DNA of 64,000 nucleotides. Source: Bugula neritina. Lineage: Eukaryota > Animalia > Bryozoa. The translations under genes and the position numbers were made by a program. Location of the stretch: positions 7,208,707 through 7,272,706 of the forward strand of contig OZ037767.1 in the NCBI GenBank assembly GCA_964035545.1, read 5' to 3'. Shown here in pieces: positions 1 to 12,000 of this stretch (within the stretch, counting starts at the first letter, position 1; each line of letters starts with the position of its first letter). The notes below the pieces were generated by a model. The model worked only from the letters and a program-made list of their open reading frames with translations, made no database searches and was not told where the DNA came from.

Positions 1-3000
1 TGCTCCTTCATCTCCCACCTGTTTATGAGCAGCTCATGTCTCAAGCTTTCAGGTTAGTATAGTTCATTACTTTGGCATCTGTGCTTGACTTGCTGTGAAT
101 ATGTATAGTGTTACCAGAAAGTGGCAGTGTTACCAGAAAGTAATTGTGTTACCAGAAAGTAATAGTGTTGCCAGAAAATGATAGTGTTATCAGAAAGTGC
201 TAGTGCTACAAGAAAGTGTTAGTGTTACCAGAAAGTAATAGTGTTACCAGAAAGTGGTCCCTTTATTTGTCTCTATGCAAACTCACGTTAAGAATTGTTT
301 GAATGAAAATAACTAATGATTACTTTAACATCACTTTGATTTTTCTAATTTGAGTTTATCTTGTGTTATGTGTTACTTTATTCTAACAAAGTTATATAAT
401 ATAATATATTGTGTGTTACTTAATACTCATAGAGATATATAATATAATATAATATGTAATGTAATATACCTGAGTTCTCATCACAGGTGTCTGATCTGCT
501 GCAAGGGGTTCCCCACATCCTACCACCACAAGCACCACCATCTCACAACTCACACCGATGAGTCATACACACCAGCAGTGCTCGTAGGCTTCAGCAGCAA
601 CGAGCTGCGGCAGCTGTGGGGCACCCAGGAGTACGCCAAAATGGTATTAGCTGATTGGTCAGTTAACATGACAGCTCCTATGAGAGGTATGCAAGTTCTT
701 AATTTGTTCACTGGTGGTGGTGCGTGTGTAGCCATGTGGAAAGTTGGTCACATGCAAAGGTTAACCAGATCAGCACAATAAATGTATACTAGTACATATA
801 ATATGAACACTGTAGATTAGCTTACACATGATCTAATATAATATGTCGCTGGAGTTGTCTACACATGTACAAAATGTGTTTTACATGTAATCGTGTATGT
901 AATGGTGAATAAATTACTTATTCTCAACATGGAAATTGTAATATTTATTGGTTAGTTAGCTTTTTATATGAACTTTTTGATCACTTTGTGTCCATATTTT
1001 CCCTTGTATCCACAGAAGTATTGTTGATATTGTAGAGGCCGTAGCAGACTACAGTCACTTCTGTACTGATGAAGTCACTCTGTCTACTCCAATCCCTCCA
1101 TCATCTCCTCTTCCTACTGCTGTATGCTGTCTGGAGACTGAAGGCAGCTGCCAAACCACTGCTGACCCGACTCAGTTGAATGCAGAGTCAGCGAGTGTAG
1201 AAAAGACAACTCCCTCGATGTACTCCAACAGTGTAATATCTAACATCCATATGGATGAGGGAGTAGAGCAGAGTATATTCTACGCCGGACCAGATCTGCC
1301 AGCTGTGCAAGGTGATTGCTATACACTACCATTAAAAATCTGATGCAAGTTTATAGTCACTATCCCTGTGAGAACCTCTGATGGAAAGTGGGCTAAGGAC
1401 TTATTCATATGTGGCACAGAAGCAATTATGACTGGAGGCTTTTCCTAACATCACCAATGGTCTTTCCTGGGGTTCAAACCCATAACTTAGCCAAACACTA
1501 TAACCGCTAGACCACGGCTGCTCTCTACAATATACTCCCATTGACCATAGGCTAGCAAATTTATCACTGTGAGTTAGTCTGCACTTGTTTTATTAATAGA
1601 AGTGTACAAAAATTACGGCTGGCGGTGGTTTCTCTTTCACTAATGAACAGACAACTTCTCTATTATAAAACCAATTATTCTACCCCGTGGTTTACTGTTC
1701 CATTAAGCTACGTTATGCACGAGCCTATATTATTTTGCAATGAATTTCTATCATATTGTTGAAACTTTTGAAATTTGTTTCTAATTAACAATGTACATCT
1801 TTTTGACTCTATAAATAAACTAGTCATTTTATTTAGATCCTACGCCGTGTCAGCATGACTCAGATGGTGAAGATAAGAAGACATGTTTGGAGGAAGCTGC
1901 CGACACCATGCCTGTGCAACTCCTTGCTGCTGTGAAAGGGAAGAGTGTCTCTGTCCCCTTTGCCTACATATGCTGGTACTGTGGCCGGCCCTTTGTGGGT
2001 CGCAGTGTGTTCTACCTACACCTGCTTCAGGAATTGCTGGCTATGCCAGGTAAGTTTTACCTAGACCTGGGGCAGGTGTTACGGGCTGTACCAGGTAGGT
2101 TGTATTGTCTCTTACACACATTCAAAACACTTGTTATGGATATTTTATGGCAAACAACAGTACAGTTCGGTTTCTGTTTGGTTATTGATGTTGCAGTGCT
2201 CAGAATTATGCAATTCTAAAATGTGTTAGAGCAAATTGCTACCAAATGCCTTAGAAGACTAACAGTTAATATATTTTGGAAGCTTGTAAGAAGCCCCTTT
2301 AGTGCAACTGTACGGTGAAAGTAAACCAACTCTATGCATTTTATGTTATCAGCTCATTGCTGCTGGGCAGCATTGTGTTTAATTTCAATTGTTATGAATA
2401 GATGCAAAGTTCTGTTGTATGCAAGACGATGGTAACATGTGACATGCTGTGTATATTTAGCCAGGGGAGTCTTGGGCGGATGTGAGTTCGGGGGTGTGGA
2501 GGACACAGCCCATTGTGGTGTCTGTAACACAGATGTAGAAGTGTGTGGCCTAGAACAACATCTCTCTTATCATCACTCTTCTGAAGAGGTCAAGGTAAAG
2601 GGCAGATATTACCGAGTAATAGTCGGTGGTGCCAGTCTTAATGATGGGACAATTTTCTAGTTTAGTAAATAGAGGTAATAGATGTGTGTTGTAGTGTGTT
2701 GTAGTGTGTAGTAGTGGTGGCGGTGGTGGCGGTAGTAATAGTGGTAGCAGTGGTAGTGGTAACACTGTGTAGTAGTAAGAAAGAACAATAGAATGATTAC
2801 TGACTGCAGGGGAGTAGACGCTACAGTGGAGAAGTAGCACAGTTTCTCATGTAATAGTAAACTATTTGGACTCAGTGTTTTTTCTATCATAAAAATACAA
2901 TTGCTCTGATATAATTCTAGGATGGTGGTGCAGAAGATAACTATTCTAAAAAAGAGAAGCAATGCCCTCACATGTGTTGTACTGACGTCTTTTCTCATTG

Positions 3001-6000
3001 GTCAGACCTTGGCAATCATGTGATCAACACACACACTCCCCAGCATATGAAGTCTCTAATAAGACACAGATGTACGGCATGCAAGGAGGTCTTCCTAAGT
3101 TACTACCACGCTAGAAGTCATTGGGAGCAAAATGCAAAGACTTGTGGGACAGGTAAGGAACTTCCTGAAAATTTATACACAATAATTCTTATTATGGTTG
3201 ATAATATTTCTTTGTTCTTGTAGAAGCTTTAGTCACACAACGCTCAAGGACAGTTATATGATTCTTCATTTAGCATATTTCTACTGTGATGTTATTACTC
3301 ATTGTTTCTAGAAAGATCTTGTTAGTACCAGAGACCTCCAATGCAATTTCACAACATGCGGTTAAAGTTAATATTCTTGGCAGAGACCTGTTTTCTCTCA
3401 ATACTCTCCTGTTCATTTTCAGCTCTGTTCAGCATATTGTTGACATCATTTTTATGCTTTTTGCATAATATTTAGAACAAAGATAAAAAAATTTAGGATT
3501 TTCAAACAATAAATTTATTGTTTGGAAATCCTAAATTTTTCTACTAGCTGTGCTTTTAGAATGTGAAATAGATTTGAATGCTCCTCACCCTCTGGGGTTT
3601 ACAAAGTCTTCTGTTATTTTTATAGGAGCTAAAGGTATCGCAGCTGAGAGTTTTGTTGCTCACAATCTGTCCCTGGACTACCTGACAGTGCACCACCTGT
3701 GTTCTCACGATTTCAATTTTACTAAGTATAAGAAGTTCACTTTCTGCTCAACATTCAAGACTTCTCGTAAGTCATGTGTTGCTAAGTGATGTGTTTTACT
3801 GTAACTCATGCGGTGCTAACTGAGATGTGACTCACTATAAGTCATGTAATACCGTAACTTTGATTGTCATTCATTGTGATATTTCAATTCTTGTGCAATT
3901 CTGGTGTAGTTGTAGCCTTGTATATAATTCACGTTATCTTATGATTTACATGCCTGCCAGGTGCAAGCATTATTACTGCTAGGTCTGGTTTTCTCTTTTA
4001 CTCTCCTCGTGATTTACGTGTTTGTTCTGGAATAAAAGGGTTTCATAGCCAAATTGTTGGAGTAATTTTATTTTTTTACAAAACAAATTGATCAGTTCGT
4101 CCTGCTAAGAAAGCAGTAAGCTGATAATTGGTCAATGGAAAACTGAAACACTAGTCAATGTACTTCTTTTTTTATTGATTCTGGAGCCAAAATTTTATTT
4201 CAAACTTATTAATTGTAATTATCTTAAACAAGTTAGTCAATAAGCATCCAAGTATATTATATCATCACTGTCCGATTTGAAAATATTATATGGTTTTTTA
4301 ATTCATCATTCTGATTTGTGATTAAGAAAGCTCTTGTTTGGTTTTGTACTTTGCATTTTTTCATGGCTTACAAAAGTACTTCTAGTGCTCCGGTTTTTAG
4401 CCAGGCTGACTGTGCAAATACCGCATGCCTATTAGATGTTACATCATTCCAATAATAGTCTTGTTACTTTTTCTTCCAGCACTTGTATTTCGTGTACTTT
4501 TTGCAGATTTTCTTTTATGTTTCGTGTGTCAAAGACTGTTTTGCACTGATGCTAAGGATTTGGAGAAAGCCTCTTTGGACGAGGCTGTAGAGAGCTTACA
4601 GCAAACCCTCTCTGACCACTTGCGTGCATCTCATCAAATAACATTGACCACAGGCTATGAGTCACCTCCCCTTCCCTATAGTGTCTCTGACAAAGAAGAT
4701 GGTAAACTTAATTACCTTCTGACATGCAATATGTGTAGCATATTCGACTCTGTATAGTATACTCTACTCTGTAAAGTATTCTCTACTCTGTATAGTATAT
4801 TATACTCTGTATAGTATACTCTACTATGTATATTATACTCTACTATGTATAGTATACTCTACTCTGTATATTATACTCTACTCTATATAGTATATTATAC
4901 TCTGTATAGTATGCTCTACTCTGTATAATATACTCTACTATGTATAGTATATTCTACTCTATATAGTATATTCTACTCTGTATAATGTACTCTACTCTGT
5001 ATATTATACTCTGCTCTGTATAGTATATTCTACTCTATATAGTATATTCTACTCTGTATAGTATATTCTACTCTATATAGTATATTCTACTCTGTATAAT
5101 GTACTCTACTCTGTATATTATACTCTACTCTGTATAGTATATTCTACTCTATATAGTATATTCTACTCTGTATAGTATATTCTACTCTATATAGTATATT
5201 CTACTCTGTATAATGTACTCTACTCTGTATATTATACTCTGCTCTGTATAGTTTACTCTACTCTGTATAGTATATTCTACTCTGTATAGTATATTCTACT
5301 CTGTAGAGTATACTCTACTCCGTATAGTATACTCTACTCTGTATAGTATATTCTACTCTATATAGTATATTCTACTCTGTATAATGTACTCTACTCTGTA
5401 TATTATACTCTGCTCTGTATAGTTTACTCTACTCTGTATAGTATATTCTACTCTGTATAGTATATTCTACTCTGTATAGTATATTCTACTCTATATAGTA
5501 TATTCTACTCTGTATAGTATATTCTACTCTATATAGTATATTCTACTCTGTATAATGTACTCTACTCTGTATATTATACTCTGCTCTGTATAGTTTACTC
5601 TACTCTGTATAGTATATTCTACTCTGTATAGTATATTATACTCTGTATAGTATATTCTACTCTATATAGTATACTCTACTCTATATAGTATACTCTACTC
5701 TGTATAGTATACTCTACTCTGTATAGTATATTCTACTCTGTATAGTATATTCTACTCTGTATAGTATATTCTACTCTGTATAGTATACTCTACTCTGTAT
5801 AGTATACTCTACTCTGTATAATATACTCTACTCTATATAGTATATTCTACTCTGTATAATGTACTCTACTATACAAGAGTTTTCACTTGCAGATGGGATG
5901 TACGACCATGCCACAGATGTTGAAGAGGAAGCTGCTAAAGTAATTGAGAAGCCGGCCCCTGGAAGTACCTCTGAGCTATTAGCGCCGATCAAATGTGAAC

Positions 6001-9000
6001 AAAAAGATCCGGGTAAAGACAACTCCCCAGTTACTCCTGCTCTTGTTAGTCTTCTTAAAAAGTCATCTGATGAGCGCGTAAATAGGACTTCCTCTAAAGT
6101 GAAAAAACACAAAGCTAAAAAGTCAACGATTGATGAAAATTCTTTAGTTAATTCCTCTGCCACTACCAGGTCTGATGGCAATTCACTGGAGTCGTCTGAT
6201 ACTACTTATTGCGGCATTCATTCAAACCATAAATACTCAGTCCGTTTGCCAAAATATTGCCTGAGATGTAAGAAGATTAAAGACTGGATTGAGTTGATGG
6301 GTTGGCAAAAACAGTATTCGTTTACAATGAATTTTGCTATGCGTAGGACAAAGAGGCATTGTAAGGTGCACGCTAAAGGAATAGTAGCCATGCACTGCCG
6401 CCACAGGCACCTCAGTTATTGCATAGAGTGCTCAGAGGTTGCAAAGCCAGTCAAATTACAGCCAAACTATTACTGTGACACTCATGGCCCTATTTACAAA
6501 GCTGTTTATTCAAAGCCAATATGTGCTGTTTGTGAAACAAAGCTTAAACCATATCCAACAGATCGAAAACCTGCTCCTGAGGTTAAGCCAGGAAATCTAG
6601 AAACATCGAGTAAATCTGAGAAATTAAAGGTCATTTCAGCAGCTGAGCAGACTGTAAAAACTTCTGAATCCATTAAAAAAACACCAACCAACTGGCAGCT
6701 AAAGGGTGCAATTCTGACATCTCTCAAGTGCAAAATACACCAGACGGTGTCACTGCATTTGTGTGAAGATGTCAACTCCATGCAGATGTTGATATGTCGC
6801 AAGTGCCGGGTTTTAGGCTACACATTTTCCTCTCTCCCTGGCCAAATTGCGCTCCGAATTCTGCCCAGCGAAAACTGTGAGTCACACCCTGAATCTGCAG
6901 TACACGCTGTCGCAGGTAGCGATGCCAAGTTTTGCAGCTCATGCGCCTCCGCCAAACTGAACACAGACGTGTTCTGCAGATTCCACACCGATGCAGTCTT
7001 GGTGTACAATTCGTGTGGCAAGGTCGTTGCAGCTTGTGGCACGTGCAGAGATTTCCCATTTGAACTAAAACCTGAGGGGTCGTGTGTGATGCAGCCCAAT
7101 AGTCGGCTGTTTTGTGGTATACACCCTGACTCCACCATTACAATGGCCTCTGCTGAACAATTCTACTGTAACAGCTGTCGGCAAGGTGCCACGACCTCTA
7201 CCCCACCGCTGCCTGAAGTGCCAACATCAACTAGCGCATCTACTTCGGGTAATATTCCTTCTGATATTTCCAAACAGGATCTGGCCTTGTGTTACAGTCT
7301 CTTTCAGCAAAAGGAAGCCTCCATGGAGGGTATTGAGTCGGCAACTATCTGTAAAGTACAAAATACGCCGTCAGACGACCAGAAATGTGGTTATATTGAG
7401 GACTCTGGTCGCTTAATGAATGTGAAACTTCATTCAGTTGAAAGAGTTGATACTTCCGTAACACCCTCCGACAGTAAAATGGCCGATACTGAAGAAACCC
7501 ATTCTCCGCAGAAAGGTAAGTAGCAGTGTTTAACCTATAAACATCTGTATACAACGGCAGCCATATTTGATCTATATTGTACCAGATAACATTGCTACAG
7601 CACTTTTGACAACTCTTTGTATATGAAGATTCTAACAAATAAGTCACTAAAGTTACAAATGCAGAGTCATGAGTTAATTTATTTACACAATAAAGTATTT
7701 CAATGATATTTGTTTTTTTTTAGTTTGTGAGATGAAATGGAAACCTGGGCAGTGTTTACCTTGCATGTATTGCTCCGATACACTCAATTCTTTTAAAAAG
7801 TACAAACATCATCTTAAGAAAAAACATGCTGCTTCTAAAATTCCTCCTGTTTATGCCTGTTCCAAGTGTCGATTCATCACACTCTTTGAGATGCAGTTTG
7901 AGGAGCATGCCCAGATGCACGGAAGGAAGGATGTACACATGTGTCCAGTTTGTGACTACCTAACACTCAAGGTTGAACAGATGACTAAACATTTGCGATA
8001 TAAATGCCGAATTAAAGGTGATGCCTCAATTGTAGCCAGACGATGCAGTGAATGCAACTTTGTTGCTTGGAGTTCCAAGGCGTTTGATGAACATCGGGCT
8101 ACGCATCTTGTGAGAGACTCGAGTAAAACAAGTCCTAGCAAAAAGTTGTGCTTAGAGAAAAATTCATCTCCGCCAGAATCTAGTGCGGCTATACCAGCTA
8201 AAGCTGACCAAGGCAAGGCAAAGTGGAGAATTGGTCATAAGTACTATTGCAGGCTATCAAAGCAGTGCGGCCATGCTAGTTCCTCACAGCTGGATCACAA
8301 AAATCACGTGAAAAAGAAACATCCAGGGGAAGTAGCGCGCAAGCTGATTCCGTGTAACATCTGCTACTTCGTCTCTGACCGTGTTGCTGCCGCCGAGAAG
8401 CACCGAGTCCTGCACGCTGACTCAGGCAGCATCCAGTGTACTTCCTGTTTCAGTCTATCGTCCAACGCGGACCTTCACGCTACTCATCTCAGATATTGTC
8501 CTTCTCAGAGAAAGTTAAACCGCAGTAAGTGTAAACTTTTATTGATATAAATTTTTTGCTTCGGCGTATCAACATAACTGCACAATAATACCTCTTATTT
8601 GATTGGCTGTTACAGGTTCTTCAAAACAACAAGAGTTCCGTGAAGGTCAGGTGTATTCATGCAGGTTATGTGACAAGTTGGTCTCAAATTACTCTGAGTA
8701 TTGCCAACATTATAACGAGCATCACCCAGACCAGAGGAAGATGCGGCTGTTCCCTTGTCCACAGTGTAACTACGTGGCCGACCAGAAGACAACTCTAGTG
8801 GAACATATGCGGCTGCACACTCTCCCTGACACTATTGAGTGCACGCGCTGTCATCTACTCGCTCTTCCAAGAGGGTATGGTTTACGCATCCATTTAAGAA
8901 AGAGTTGGTGTGGAAAGTACGTGAAACCTCCTCCTTTGCCTACAAAACCTACACAATCTGGTAAGTACTGCTGGTTAGCACACTGGGGTAATACCACAAT

Positions 9001-12000
9001 AGTTAATATAATTTGACACGCGTATGCCCCAGCTGTACTCAAGCAAGTTTATAGTCACCATCCCTGTGAGAAACCCTGATGGAAGGGGTGTTTTTTAAAG
9101 AGGGCTAAGGACTTATTAAGATGAGGCACAGGAGCAATTAAGACTGGATGCTCTTCCTAACATCACCAATGGCCTTTGTCAGGGCTCGAACCTTTGACTG
9201 TGCTTACTAGGCAAACGCTCTAACCCCTAGAGTCTAGACCACGGCTGCTCCTTGCTGCATCCCTCGACTATAGCTGCAGTGCTATTGAGTCATAGAGCCT
9301 TGTCATTATTGTCTGTTCAATGTGTTTTCTCCTTTCACTTTTGACCAAGTGTAGGGCCACACGACGCGTTTTACACGAGCGTGACGTGCGAGAAATCCCA
9401 TTAGAATCCACGCTAGTGACCTGCCACACACAGCGCGTTTGTTGCGAGTGCAAAAATTTATTACCTAATGATGTTAGCATTGAAATTTACTGCTCGCCTA
9501 CAGACGTTTATTTTTAAACTACATCATTGACAAAGTGATTTGGATATTATAAAAGCGGAAATGCAAACTATATAAAACTGTTTTAATTCAGCTTGCTAGA
9601 AGTTAAATCGTAAATCAAAATAAAAAAATGTGCTCGCTAAATATTACATGGTAATAAGCCAATTAGATCAAACACGCACAAGCGTGTCACACTTCTCGCT
9701 CAGCATGTTAGACGATTGAAAATCTGTACGCAACGTCTAATTTTTGGGCTAAATGAGATTTCTCGCACGTCACGCTTGTGTAAAACGCGTCGTGTGGCCC
9801 TACACTAAGTATAACAAAACAAACTGTTAGGGCAGCACTATGGATGTTATTAACTAAACCAGCACTATCTATTCAATGACCCCCTCAAAATGGTGGACTG
9901 CAATTTCTGATTATTGTTTGTACTGTTTCTAGTCTGAAGAAAAGGAAATCTACATAAAATTTTATCTTTATCGTGCTAGCCGCGTCCATGTTTTATTGCA
10001 TGAATACAACTCTGTCTATCTAAGAGATCAACTCTATAATATGATATATTACGTATATTGCAGTATATTGCATGTATTAGGCTATATTACTGTATATTAT
10101 GTGTATTACTGTATACTGCGTATATTACTGTATATATATTGCGTATATTATGCATTTTACTATATATTACCTTATACCTATCACGTGTATTACTAAATAT
10201 TTACTGTATATTGTGTGTATTACTGATGCGTAAATTCTGCCTTTTCAAGATGACCCGAAGAGATGTTTATGGAGGAAAAAGCACATCTACCAGTGTAGAC
10301 ACTGTCAGAGTAAGATCACCTCTAGACATGACTATAAAATTCATATGAAGACGATGCATCCACACGAGCCAGTCAAGGTCATATATCCCTGTAATCAGTG
10401 TAACTTCATTACTGACCAGTCACTCTTGCTCAACTTGCACCAAGACAAGCACACGCCGCAGGGCACCTACACGTGCAAACTGTGTAATAAGTCTTTGACC
10501 AACAGAATACAGTGGGTGCTACATAAAAAGAGGTGCAAAGAGTTGCAAAGCGGAGCTGAAGAATCTGGTATGTGTAATCTAAAATACTAACTTACTTTAA
10601 ATATGAGAAACTGTGAAACAAAGCAAAACTGTTTTTGATGTGCTTTTGCTTACACAATAAATTTACTGTTGCGAGTGAAAATAAACAGATGTATGTCGAC
10701 ATATACACAGCGAAACAGTTTGTCTCTCATAATAGTGGGGTGAAGTGTCAGTATTTTAAATATCCCTCGTCTAACTGTTCACCTTTCATTATGACATTTA
10801 TGATGCCTCTTAAAGCTAGTTTTCTTAACTCAAGAATATGCCAGCATATGTTTTCCATTTTTACTTTTTGTATTGTATATTATTGTTACTTGGTTTACTT
10901 TGTCTCGAAACGATGAAATGACAATTTTCTTTGTTGTGTGTTTCAGGGGTTTCGGCCAATAGCAATCCTGTTGATTCACAGGTGTGGACGAAGGGGCACA
11001 AGTTCTTTTGCCGCCATTGCGATTCTCTCCTGGCTACAAGTGATGAGTATACTGAGCACATGACGTTCAGTCACAAGGATGAGGAGTTGCGAACTCTCTA
11101 CCCCTGCTCCAGATGCAGTCATGTGACTGATGATGCTCACTACGCAGCCCACACACAGTGCCATGTCACCGGTGAGAAACTCACCTGCAGCAGGTGCTTC
11201 TTCATTTGCCAAGATGAAGCTGCCCTTTTGCAGCACCAGAAGAGATGTTTGAAGGGAGAACCTGACTCTCTAAAAGGTTCTAGCAACCTGGATGCAGCAT
11301 CTATGGAGATCAACTCTACTGAGAGTTTACCAGAACAGGAGAAAACTGATGCAGTGCCATCTGTTGAAGTATCAGCAACTCAGTGTGAAAGTTCTGCTGA
11401 TCAACAAGAGGGAGAGTTGATAGCAGCTGTGGACAAGAAGGAACTTCTCTCAGAGAACCAGAACCTAGCTGGAGAAGACACCAATCTACAACCAACACCA
11501 AATGCAACCCCCACCATCTCTCCTGATACTCAAGAGAAACCGGATAGTTCTGTAAGGTTGCAGGAAGCATCTGTAGCTGGTAAAACTGTCACCTCTGAAC
11601 ATGTGGTGGTTCCACCTACTTCTGCTGAAGCAGCTAATGAAAACGTCATCTCTGAACATGTGGTGGTTCCACCTACTTCTGCTGAAACAGCTAATGAAAG
11701 CGTCACCTCTGAACGTGTGGTGGTTCCACCTACTTCTGCTGAAGTGGATGGTAGCGCTAACCCTACCGTGAACGTGAAAAAAAATCTCTCACAAGGTAAT
11801 TCTCATTTATTGCAATTTGGCTGCATTATTGTTTTAGGAGTCTCTTACAAATATTTAAGATTTAATGAAGTTTGTGCTATACTCTTTCATTTGTGAGATG
11901 ACTCTATTGCAATTTAATGATGATCTATTCTCTGTAAGCTATTTTATATTGTTATTGTGTGTCAGTGGTAAACTTTGCATATCAATTTCCAAGTTACTTT

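Noticed and set aside
4745-5872. CRISPR-like appearance of regular short repeats (also 105-258 and 43025-43170)
   Set aside because: Head-to-tail tandem units without unique spacers, no cas genes, and a eukaryotic intron context.
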